The notes under the pieces: generated by a model | The model's input: the letters and a program-made list of their open reading frames with translations, nothing else | The model's database searches: none | Told to the model about the DNA's origin: nothing | Shown here: positions 40,392-48,461 of the stretch, piece after piece | Position numbering within the stretch: the stretch's first letter is position 1 | Layout of the letters: each line of letters starts with the position of its first letter | Translations under genes and position numbers: made by a program | Sequence record: LC788708.1 | Source: Escherichia coli phage AZ21 | DNA: 64,000 nucleotides | Strand: one strand, 5' to 3'

Positions 40392-40445
40392 GGATTGTTA
40401 CTTATTACCTGCTAGTATTTTCTAGTAGGTAATAAGTAACAATCC
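40392..40445. repeat. 54-nt near-perfect palindrome (24-bp stem, 6-nt loop)
   Basis: GGATTGTTACTTATTACCTGCTAG-tatttt-CTAGTAGGTAATAAGTAACAATCC. Lies just upstream of the first operon RBS. Confidence 0.9.
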
Positions 40446-40468
40446 ATCAAATAACTGGAGTTTATATT

Positions 40469-40720
40469 ATGCAAAACGTTATTACCGCGCCTAAAATTGG
40501 TCAATCCGTCTTTATTCCTTTCGTTACTAAAACGGATGAATTAACCGGAAAGGCCGAACGTATTAAAGGTGCGGCGCTTATGCCGTTCGATACAATCGAC
40601 GCGGTATATGCTGAAAATGAACGCAGTAACAACGGCAAGCCCGTTTTTAGCGTTCGCGTTAAATCCGGCGATGTTGTAAAGGTTGTTCAACGCAACGAAA
40701 AATGGGAAGCTGTGTTGTAA
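40469..40720 (+). CDS. pre-early hypothetical protein (83 aa)
   Basis: CTGGAG RBS. Followed by a hairpin at 40734-40763. Confidence 0.65.
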   Translation: MQNVITAPKIGQSVFIPFVTKTDELTGKAERIKGAALMPFDTIDAVYAENERSNNGKPVFSVRVKSGDVVKVVQRNEKWEAVL

Positions 40721-40818
40721 TTTAGTGTTAACTTTATATCCCCCTTATTTCAGGGGGATATAACGATTAACATTAAGTTAATCTAATCCCTTAAATTAAA
40801 CTAATAGGAGTTTTTACC

Positions 40819-41226
40819 ATGACTAACGCAAAAACCGCAAAATTCGCATGGAATGAAGAAAACACTCAGAAAGCTGTTACCATGTACCAGCAGTTAATCA
40901 ACGAAAACGGTTTAGATTTTGCAAATAGCGACGGCCTGAAAGAGATTGCAAAAGCAGTAGGCGCGGCCTCCCCCGTATCCGTTCGGTCAAAATTGACCAG
41001 TGCAAAAGCCTATCAAAAAAGCGATAAGCCGCGTAAAGTTGGCGGCGGTAGCTCTGTGCGTAAAGCTCACTATGTGCGAGTAATTGCAAAACACGCTATC
41101 GATTCCGGTATTATCAAAGACGCCGATGATCTGGCAAGCCTTGAAAGTGCTAAACTGGAAACGCTGGACGCGGTGGCGCAACTGTTAGGCGTTGCCGATG
41201 AAGTAAAACAAGCCGTAGGTGAATAA
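40819..41226 (+). CDS. A2: pre-early protein A2
   Basis: 135 aa. Size, position just upstream of A1 and recalled sequence character match T5 A2. Confidence 0.75.
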   Translation: MTNAKTAKFAWNEENTQKAVTMYQQLINENGLDFANSDGLKEIAKAVGAASPVSVRSKLTSAKAYQKSDKPRKVGGGSSVRKAHYVRVIAKHAIDSGIIKDADDLASLESAKLETLDAVAQLLGVADEVKQAVGE

Positions 41227-41316
41227 TAGTTATACCTTGCCCCCTTCTAGTGAGGGGGCACTAATATAACTGTTTAGCGATAGTTATTTTCTTCCCTTAA
41301 ATCAGGAGTTTTAAAA

Positions 41317-41514
41317 ATGGTTTTCTTCCCTACTGAATCTTTGATTCTAGGCTTGTTTATTATGGCGGCCTCATTATTGTTCGCTTATTTTCAGAATGAT
41401 TTAGATTCGTATTATTTTAAACGTAAATCTAAATTAGCAAAACGTTTGGGCTTGCTTTGTTTTATCGCTGCCGTTGCCTGTGGTGTTAGTTCGAGTCTAG
41501 TACCATTAAATTAA
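41317..41514 (+). CDS. pre-early 2-TM membrane protein (65 aa)
   Basis: CAGGAG RBS. Two hydrophobic helices. Confidence 0.6.
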   Translation: MVFFPTESLILGLFIMAASLLFAYFQNDLDSYYFKRKSKLAKRLGLLCFIAAVACGVSSSLVPLN

Positions 41515-41601
41515 TGTTGCAAATTATAACGCCTATTATTCGAGGCGTTATATTTGGCAATATTGCCATTATTAACCTAATCCCTTTAATGGAGTTTTAT
41601 T

Positions 41602-43272
41602 ATGATTATTTCCGCAGAAAAACAAACCGTTATCCTGAAAATGGCCGCTGATTTCAATTTCTACGGTAAACGCCTGCGCGCCACTAAACTGGAGGTCTGC
41701 GACGATATTTCAAAAGCGGTCTACGATACAACGAAACACTCCACCGCTATCTGCGACTGGCTGGAAGCAAATAAACCAGCGAAACCAAAAGCGGCAAAAG
41801 TAGCAAAAGCCATTAAAAACGGTGAGCGCCCCGAAGCGGCTGGGATTGTTTCTAGTACCGTGGAGCAGTGGGAAGTAAAACAAGGTAAACGCTTTATTAT
41901 TACATCGATTCAGAATAATACTTTCCCGCATAAAAACTTTTTAGCCTCACTGGAGCAATTTGCTAAATATATCGGGGCTGATTTGCTCGTTTCTAAGTAT
42001 ATTTATAATAAAAACGGTTTTCAAAATGGGGAAGGTGCTGACGGAATCAAATATGATTCCGCGTTTGATAAATATATTTGCAGCAAAAACGTGTTTTTGA
42101 ATAACCGCCGCTTTGCTTTCATGGCTGAAATTAATGTTTTGCCTACCGCAGATTATCCGCTTTCTGGATTCGCAGAAACTGCAACGGCTTTAAATATTGA
42201 AGGTCTGGCAATTGGTCACGCTAAAATTACCGCTGAAAGCGTACCAGCTTTAAAAGGTGAAGTAGTGCGCCGTATGTACTCAACCGGAACGGCAACGCTC
42301 AAAAACTACATTCAGCAGAAAGCAGGACAAAAGGCCGAGGCGCTGCATAACTTCGGTGCGCTTATTGTTGAGTTCGACGAGGACGGGGAATTTTTTGTAC
42401 GCCAGCTTGAAACGATGGACGAAAGCGGGGTATTTTATGATCTGAATGTGTGTGCTACTCCTGCCGGATGCTATGAAACATCGGGGCATGTTTTAGGCTT
42501 GCAGTATGGCGATATTCACGCCGAAAAATTAGATGAGGAGTGCGCCGCCGCGTCATGGGGGCATGGTGATACTTATGGGCTAGTAGATATTCTTAAACCA
42601 AAATATCAGTTTGTGCATGACGTGCATGATTTTACATCGCGCAATCATCATAACCGCGCATCGGGTGTATTCCTAGCAAAACAGTACGCCGCCGGACGTG
42701 ATAAGGTTATTGATGATCTTATCGATACGGGGCGCGTGCTGGAATCAATGGAGCGTGATTTTTCTCAAACAATCATTGTTGAATCGAATCACGATTTGGC
42801 GTTATCCCGTTGGCTTGATGATCGTAATGCTAACATCAAAGACGATCCAGCAAACGCAGAACTGTATCACCGCCTGAATGCTGCAATTTACGAGGCAATC
42901 GGTGAACATGACGAAACGTTCAACGTGCTAGATTATGCGCTGCGCAAGGTTGCAGGTTGTGAGTTTAACGCCATTTTCCTGACCACTGACCAATCTTTCA
43001 AGATTGCAGGCATTGAATGCGGCGTACACGGTCACAACGGCATTAATGGCAGTCGTGGCAATCCCAAACAATTTAAGAAATTGGGCAAGTTAAACACTGG
43101 TCATACTCATACGGCAAGCATTTACGGCGGGGTATATACCGCTGGCGTAGCTGGTAGTCTGGATATGGGTTACAACGTTGGCGCGTCAAGCTGGACGCAA
43201 ACTCATTTAATTACCTATGCAAACGGTCAGCGCACTTTGATTGACTTTAAGAACGGTAAATTTTTTGCGTAA
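41602..43272 (+). CDS. A1: pre-early protein A1 (metallophosphoesterase-type nuclease motifs)
   Basis: 556 aa, the T5 A1 length by recall. C-terminal half has GDIHAEK, VESNHD, GVHGHNG and TGHTH motifs of calcineurin-like/Mre11-type phosphoesterases. Confidence 0.8.
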   Translation: MIISAEKQTVILKMAADFNFYGKRLRATKLEVCDDISKAVYDTTKHSTAICDWLEANKPAKPKAAKVAKAIKNGERPEAAGIVSSTVEQWEVKQGKRFIITSIQNNTFPHKNFLASLEQFAKYIGADLLVSKYIYNKNGFQNGEGADGIKYDSAFDKYICSKNVFLNNRRFAFMAEINVLPTADYPLSGFAETATALNIEGLAIGHAKITAESVPALKGEVVRRMYSTGTATLKNYIQQKAGQKAEALHNFGALIVEFDEDGEFFVRQLETMDESGVFYDLNVCATPAGCYETSGHVLGLQYGDIHAEKLDEECAAASWGHGDTYGLVDILKPKYQFVHDVHDFTSRNHHNRASGVFLAKQYAAGRDKVIDDLIDTGRVLESMERDFSQTIIVESNHDLALSRWLDDRNANIKDDPANAELYHRLNAAIYEAIGEHDETFNVLDYALRKVAGCEFNAIFLTTDQSFKIAGIECGVHGHNGINGSRGNPKQFKKLGKLNTGHTHTASIYGGVYTAGVAGSLDMGYNVGASSWTQTHLITYANGQRTLIDFKNGKFFA

Positions 43273-43328
43273 TTAAATTATTTCCCTAGCGGCTTGAAAT
43301 ACAGCCGCTATTACAGGAGCTAAATTAA

Positions 43329-43607
43329 ATGGCTATTAAAATTAATCTTCCCAATATTAAAAACACCGCTGATATATGGTCGATTGATACTATATTGCGT
43401 GGCACTGTATACCGTAATTTAAAAGATAATAATTGTTATATTTATCAAAATGAATTAAACGGCCATATTTACATAATCGAGTCCGATGGTTTTTGTTCTT
43501 TTGAGACTGATTATGAAGCGCAAGATCATATACAGGCAAATGATATTCCTGACGTATGGAAAGAAACAAACCTTGCTTTTGTTGTAAGTCTTGAAGCTAA
43601 CAAATAA
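43329..43607 (+). CDS. pre-early hypothetical protein (92 aa)
   Basis: CAGGAG RBS. Confidence 0.6.
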   Translation: MAIKINLPNIKNTADIWSIDTILRGTVYRNLKDNNCYIYQNELNGHIYIIESDGFCSFETDYEAQDHIQANDIPDVWKETNLAFVVSLEANK

Positions 43608-43645
43608 ATTAAATATCTTATTAAATTAATTGGAGTTTTACAAAT

Positions 43646-44038
43646 ATGAAAAAGCAAAATATTCCATTCGATCGCGCTCAGTCTTCTATTGTTCTGGTTT
43701 ATTCTAATGGTGAGCGTTACCACGTCGAGGCGGGGCACGTTATTGATGAATTATTAGATTTCAATGACGCTTTACAGGTTACTACCTTTGCCTACACGCA
43801 AGGCCGCGCAAGTAGTTACATTAAGGCCGCAGGCGTTTATGTTGACACGGTGAAACAAGAAACGATTATCATCGACGCAGTAAAATCCGGTCTAGCCTTT
43901 GCAGTTGTCGCGCCTTGCCCCTCTTGTCTTGATGATCAGCTAACGAGTGCGAAAGTATACACCTGCGCGGGCATTCGTTCCCATGTATCAGGAGAGGATA
44001 TTAGTTTTATCGCTGATGCGTTGGCTTATGGTCTTTAA
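43646..44038 (+). CDS. pre-early hypothetical protein (130 aa)
   Basis: TTGGAG RBS. Confidence 0.6.
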   Translation: MKKQNIPFDRAQSSIVLVYSNGERYHVEAGHVIDELLDFNDALQVTTFAYTQGRASSYIKAAGVYVDTVKQETIIIDAVKSGLAFAVVAPCPSCLDDQLTSAKVYTCAGIRSHVSGEDISFIADALAYGL

Positions 44039-44118
44039 TAGTTGATTTATTATTGCCCGCTGATAGATAGCGGGCAATGCTGGATAAACTACATCCCTTT
44101 AATGGAGAACGTAACAAA

Positions 44119-44853
44119 ATGAATCAAGTTAAAACGAATATTTCCCGTAACTTCCCGCATATTTCCCGCGTCATGATCTGGGATCTTGATGGCACTATCG
44201 TTAATTCATTCCATCGTGTAGCGCCTTGCTTTGATAGTGAGGGTAATCTAGATTTAAATAAGTATAAGAATGAGGCTTGCAAACATGATTTAATAATGCA
44301 GGATACTTTATTGCCTTTGGTGGAATATATGCGCCAATGCATGAATGACGCAAATACTTTAAACATTATTTGTACCGCTCGATTAATGAGCAAATCGGAT
44401 TATTATTATTTGCGCAAACAAGGCTTGCGAGGGCGTGGGGATAGCAATATCCGCGTGTTTTCCCGCGACACGCTGCATAAATATTTTGAAGCTGATAAGG
44501 TTAGCGAGATATACCACAGTAAAGACGCAGTTTATAAATCGTATTACTTTGAATTATTTAAACAGCTATATCCGAACGCTGATTTCACAATGATTGATGA
44601 TCATAAAGGTGTATTATCAGCGGCGGCGTCATACGGATTTAAAACGCTAGACGCGCAAGCCGTTAACGATATTCTATCAATCGGCGTGGCATTGATAGGC
44701 GGAACCTTTATTGATGAATCTCTCGATGATGATAATGATTATCAGTTCCTAGCCGATCGATTGAAATTATGTTGGGAAAGTATGACCGAAGAAGAACGCG
44801 CAGAATATAGTTGCAGCCCGCAACAATATATTGAGAAATTAAAAGTTGCGTAA
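44119..44853 (+). CDS. dmp: 5'-deoxyribonucleotidase (HAD family)
   Basis: 244 aa from ATG 44119. The track start at 44077 lies in hairpin 44052-44078. HAD motif I is IWDLDGTIV. Confidence 0.8.
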   Translation: MNQVKTNISRNFPHISRVMIWDLDGTIVNSFHRVAPCFDSEGNLDLNKYKNEACKHDLIMQDTLLPLVEYMRQCMNDANTLNIICTARLMSKSDYYYLRKQGLRGRGDSNIRVFSRDTLHKYFEADKVSEIYHSKDAVYKSYYFELFKQLYPNADFTMIDDHKGVLSAAASYGFKTLDAQAVNDILSIGVALIGGTFIDESLDDDNDYQFLADRLKLCWESMTEEERAEYSCSPQQYIEKLKVA

Positions 44854-44870
44854 TAATTAAAGTTGAAATA

Positions 44871-44907
44871 GTTTCATCCTGCAATTAAAATGGTTGCGGG
44901 ATGAAAC
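44871..44907 (+). terminator. 14-bp GC-rich hairpin closing the A2-A1-dmp operon
   Basis: GTTTCATCCTGCAA-9 nt-TTGCGGGATGAAAC. No clear T-run. Confidence 0.5.
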
Positions 44908-45017
44908 AATTACCCTGCTAATAGTAACGGGGGTGGCGGTTAGCAGACTAAGTATTCTCCCCCAACCCACTGGACACACCTCCATGTGTAATCCTATGAA
45001 ATTTGGCAAAAGTCAAA

Positions 45018-45263
45018 TTAGCGCATAGAAGGGTCATCAAACCTGTGCTCTGGTCTGAACTCACGGAATCTCTTCCACGACGCCCGAGATCCATCAGACC
45101 ACTCCCGCTCAAACTCCGCACGTTTCTCGTCAAACTTCCGCTCCCTTTCCGCAATCTCTCGCGTCACCCCCGCGATATATTCCCGATGCTTGTTAATTGC
45201 CGCAGTTGTCCCGAAAACTCCCGCGAGTATCCCGATAATAAAAGCAATTACAATACTAAACAT
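45018..45263 (-). CDS. N-terminal-TM protein with a charged tail (81 aa)
   Basis: Last of a coupled minus-strand chain. Confidence 0.6.
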   Translation of the reverse strand: MFSIVIAFIIGILAGVFGTTAAINKHREYIAGVTREIAERERKFDEKRAEFEREWSDGSRASWKRFREFRPEHRFDDPSMR

Positions 45264-45450
45264 CTAATTCCCTCTCAATTTGCAGAATACGGGTACTATC
45301 ACAACGTTGCAGTAGTGCTAGCTTTTCTAGAGTAACTTGTTGTTGTTTTACCTGAGCTTCTAGAGTTTTTAGGCGGAGATACACGATACGAGAGACAATG
45401 AGGATTACCCAGACTAATATTACCATTAGTGTAATTGCCGCTTCCATCAT
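45256..45450 (-). CDS. single-TM coiled-coil protein (64 aa)
   Basis: ATGA coupling to the upstream mini-ORF. Confidence 0.6.
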   Translation of the reverse strand: MMEAAITLMVILVWVILIVSRIVYLRLKTLEAQVKQQQVTLEKLALLQRCDSTRILQIERELDV

Positions 45451-45554
45451 TTACGTTTCTCCAATAATAAGGTTTCAATTCTAGCTAAATGATTATCTAA
45501 AATACATTGTCCAATAATCACAATCCCTAGTAGTGCAATAATTACCCATTCCAT
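45447..45554 (-). CDS. 35-aa single-TM peptide
   Basis: TAATG overlap upstream and ATGA overlap downstream. MEWVIIALLGIVIIGQCIL... Below the track cutoff. Confidence 0.5.
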   Translation of the reverse strand: MEWVIIALLGIVIIGQCILDNHLARIETLLLEKRK

Positions 45555-45682
45555 TAAATCCACCCCGCCATAGCTGCTAACCAAAAACCTACGAAGATTA
45601 GGAATAATACAAAACCAAATCCGTAAATATTAATCCACGCTTCATATACTTCTCCGCGTCTGTTCTTTCTTTTATTTGACAT
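45554..45682 (-). CDS. C-terminal-TM peptide (42 aa; start may be 45691)
   Basis: GGAG about 10 nt upstream of ATG 45682. GFGFVLFLIFVGFWLAAMAGWI helix. Confidence 0.5.
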   Translation of the reverse strand: MSNKRKNRRGEVYEAWINIYGFGFVLFLIFVGFWLAAMAGWI

Positions 45683-45797
45683 ATCTTTCATGCTCCAATA
45701 AATGTGGTATCTGGAATATTTTACAGTTTGTGCACAACCAACCATGCTTGTGACTTCCTAGAAGGACTTCTCATTTTCTTGCATAGTGGTTTCTGCC

Positions 45798-45835
45798 AAT
45801 ATACCATCCAAAAAATAAAAAATTTAGTTTACTTG
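45798..45835 (-). promoter_or_regulatory. candidate promoter of the tiny-membrane-protein chain
   Basis: On the minus strand: T/A-rich tract then TGGTATATT (extended -10 like). Confidence 0.3.
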
Positions 45836-45856
45836 GATGTCGTTTTGCTTTATACT
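45828..45856 (+). promoter_or_regulatory. candidate + strand promoter reading antisense through llp towards pb5
   Basis: TTTACT, 17 nt, TATACT. Same hexamer style as the promoter at 49837. Confidence 0.35.
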
Positions 45857-45858
45857 AA

Positions 45859-46125
45859 TTACAGGTAGTTAGATTGCTCTAGTTTAAATTTACAATCACC
45901 GTATTTAAGATCAAACTGACTGAGATCCCACCACCCAAACTTAGTACGGAGCTGTACTACTGGGAAGCGATCTCCCTTAATACGAACTTTTTGAACTTTG
46001 AGGCCATAATGTTCTTCTCCTGCACCTCCAAAAGATTTTACAAATCCCGTACAAAATGGTTTGGGAGCAGGTGCACAACCAGATAACATAACTGCGGCAA
46101 CTAGTGCAATCACAAACTTTTTCAT
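45859..46125 (-). CDS. llp: receptor-blocking lipoprotein (Llp-like)
   Basis: Lipobox MLSGC after the signal sequence. Divergent from and adjacent to the receptor-binding protein gene, as in T5. Confidence 0.75.
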   Translation of the reverse strand: MKKFVIALVAAVMLSGCAPAPKPFCTGFVKSFGGAGEEHYGLKVQKVRIKGDRFPVVQLRTKFGWWDLSQFDLKYGDCKFKLEQSNYL

Positions 46126-46156
46126 ATTTATCTCTCCATTTCTAATTTATGAATCT

Positions 46157-46185
46157 ATTATAGCAAAATAGAGGGATGAAAGCAA
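46157..46185 (-). promoter_or_regulatory. T5 early-type promoter for llp
   Basis: On the minus strand: TTGCTT, 17 nt, TATAAT, followed by the CATAAATTAG box. Confidence 0.7.
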
Positions 46186-46210
46186 ATACATTTTTATAAT
46201 AGGAGATTAT

Positions 46211-47968
46211 ATGGGTTTTTTCGCTGGTAAGTATAGCGATGGTAAGACCGTACTATCTTTAAATACTGAATCTGGTGGTGACATTAATCGTCACTATAGT
46301 CCAAATGCCAATAGTATTTTTCATAGTGATATGCCATTTGTCCTAGTTGATGGTACTTATGAGTCTGGGTTAGGTGATGCCGGTAATGGGTTTTTTGTAT
46401 GTCAGATGCCCTCTGACATAATAAATATTAAATCTAACGATCCTGGTAGAGTTATACTAACTGCTATTGAAATTAATGGTACTCACAGAGCTTTTCTTAA
46501 CGGTACTCAGAGTAAAGTAGGTCAAACTATAGCTGCCACTCAAGCAGATCCTTTTAGATCTTTTGCTAGTGTTTCCCAGACTAGTGGATTTGCATTTGGT
46601 AATAGCCTGGCATCTGGTACATATAACTATAATCCATCTATAGGGCATGAAGAATCTATTTCTAGAAATGGTACTGGTGGAACCACCCTACATAGTACGT
46701 ATCATGGTATAGTTAGGCCAGGTGCAGGAGCTCCAGTAGGGGTTACTGTTGCAGAAGCTTTTGCACAGTTGGGTTTTCCTACTAATAGTAGTACAGTACC
46801 TATAGATGGTAATAATCAATATTACTGGGACCCAGGATGGATGTCTCCTTTAGGATCAGCACACAGAGGGCACGATTGGTTTTATGTTTGTAACTCTAAC
46901 ATACGTGGGTATGGTGGGGTAAGACAAGGTCTTCCTGGTAGTGTAAATACTATGTATCATGATGGTGGCAACAGATTTGTTTGTAGGGGTTCTACAACTA
47001 ATTTAGCTAATCAATCTAGTGATTCTACAATACTACAAGATTGGTATAACATAACTCCTACTAAGGTTATTTGGTACGTCTTGAATTTAAGATATTCTGG
47101 CGGCAATATGAGTATCTCTGGTAATCCTTTTACTGGTTCAGATATTCTTATATCTCCTTCTAATTTCATAATTAAAGGGGTTAGTCTTCCCAATACTGGA
47201 TACAAGTTTATTAACCAGAACGCTTTCGGTAACTTAGGTTATAGACCAGATATGGAATATATTGGAAATAATGCAGCGTACACTGGGGCCTTCGGAGATA
47301 CTACTGCAAGGTGTGAACTTGTAGGTTCTAGTAATGGGGGTTTATGGTCTCCTGTGGACTATGGAGGGGCTAAGTCTCAAATTAGTATTTACAAATTCGG
47401 AGCTGGTAAGCAATGGTACGTAAACTCTAATGATAATACTATCGGTAATGAACACGGGGTTGTTTGGGGGCCTTCAGCAGTTCCACTACGACTTTTTAGC
47501 GGAAATGTTGGTAGTTCTTACATGGGGGATGATATTACTCCCAGCTATCCAGGAACTGGAGATAGATACGTTGGTTTATCAACTATTGGGCTAGGTATAC
47601 CGGGTGGCAATGCTACCGTAATTCTTACCACTGAAGTTATATCAGGTAATCTTAACTGCGCGGGTGTTCCCGCTAATACATGGAATAACGGTGTATTTCA
47701 GGTTCAAGGAAGAAGAGCATATAGTTATAGTAATGGGGATGCAATATTTCATCAGATTTTAACATTACCAGTAGGGTATTTAGTACCTTTTCATACTACA
47801 TCTGCTTTTAGATACACACCTAACAATGCCCTAAGTAGAAATAGTTTTATATACACTGCTAAAAATCTGGGGAATGGAAATGTAGAGCTAGGGGTAGTTA
47901 TGCACGTAAGTTTAGGTAGTGCAGTTTTCCTACCTAGATTAAGAGTAACAGTTCAACGCCTAACCTAA
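46211..47968 (+). CDS. receptor-binding tail protein (pb5 family, 585 aa)
   Basis: Sits between llp and terminase as T5 oad does. Gly/Asn/Ser-rich. The length differs from the recalled 640-aa T5 pb5, so the receptor type is not inferable here. Confidence 0.7.
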   Translation: MGFFAGKYSDGKTVLSLNTESGGDINRHYSPNANSIFHSDMPFVLVDGTYESGLGDAGNGFFVCQMPSDIINIKSNDPGRVILTAIEINGTHRAFLNGTQSKVGQTIAATQADPFRSFASVSQTSGFAFGNSLASGTYNYNPSIGHEESISRNGTGGTTLHSTYHGIVRPGAGAPVGVTVAEAFAQLGFPTNSSTVPIDGNNQYYWDPGWMSPLGSAHRGHDWFYVCNSNIRGYGGVRQGLPGSVNTMYHDGGNRFVCRGSTTNLANQSSDSTILQDWYNITPTKVIWYVLNLRYSGGNMSISGNPFTGSDILISPSNFIIKGVSLPNTGYKFINQNAFGNLGYRPDMEYIGNNAAYTGAFGDTTARCELVGSSNGGLWSPVDYGGAKSQISIYKFGAGKQWYVNSNDNTIGNEHGVVWGPSAVPLRLFSGNVGSSYMGDDITPSYPGTGDRYVGLSTIGLGIPGGNATVILTTEVISGNLNCAGVPANTWNNGVFQVQGRRAYSYSNGDAIFHQILTLPVGYLVPFHTTSAFRYTPNNALSRNSFIYTAKNLGNGNVELGVVMHVSLGSAVFLPRLRVTVQRLT

Positions 47969-47978
47969 AGGAGGATAT

Positions 47979-48461
47979 ATGGCAAATGATGTATTAGTTC
48001 CCGATCTCATGTCTCCCGAAGGCATGGATGTTATTGAAGCCTATTTACAGTGCGGTAGTGATGTTCCTGCCGCCGCTCGTAGTCTTGGAATGTCCGAGAT
48101 TGCATTTCGTGATATAATGAATCGTGGGGAAGTTAAAAACTATCTCAACGATATCTTTATGGAAAGCGGCTTCCGTAATCGTGACCGCTTATTCGGAGTT
48201 CTTGATGAAGTTATCAAACGCAAGTTGGAAGAACTCGAAGAAACTGGCATGGGTTCTGACCAGGATATCATGGATATTCTCTGGAAGGCGCACAAGATGA
48301 AGATGGAAGAAATGAAAATGATGGTAGAACTGGAGAAAGTGAAGGCAGCAGCCCGTACTCCGGCTAACCAGACTAATATTCAGAATAATATTATTGCTGG
48401 AAGTGGTGACGAAAACTATATGAATCTTATTACCGCTCTAGCAGGAGGAGGTAAGAGATAA
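47979..48461 (+). CDS. terminase small subunit
   Basis: 160 aa, immediately upstream of and overlapping the large subunit. N-terminal HTH-like region. Confidence 0.7.
   Translation: MANDVLVPDLMSPEGMDVIEAYLQCGSDVPAAARSLGMSEIAFRDIMNRGEVKNYLNDIFMESGFRNRDRLFGVLDEVIKRKLEELEETGMGSDQDIMDILWKAHKMKMEEMKMMVELEKVKAAARTPANQTNIQNNIIAGSGDENYMNLITALAGGGKR

Noticed and set aside
33775-45858. The G+C-richer block with iterons and DnaA boxes read as an inserted plasmid, satellite or island
   Set aside because: It carries A1 (556 aa), A2 (135 aa) and dmp (244 aa) in the order and sizes recalled for T5 pre-early DNA. It encodes no integrase, replicase or capsid-hijack genes. It is therefore native terminal-repeat DNA.
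46195-46200. TATAAT just upstream of the pb5-type gene read as its promoter
   Set aside because: A start about 7 nt downstream would remove the AGGAG RBS. No -35 or TG extension is present.
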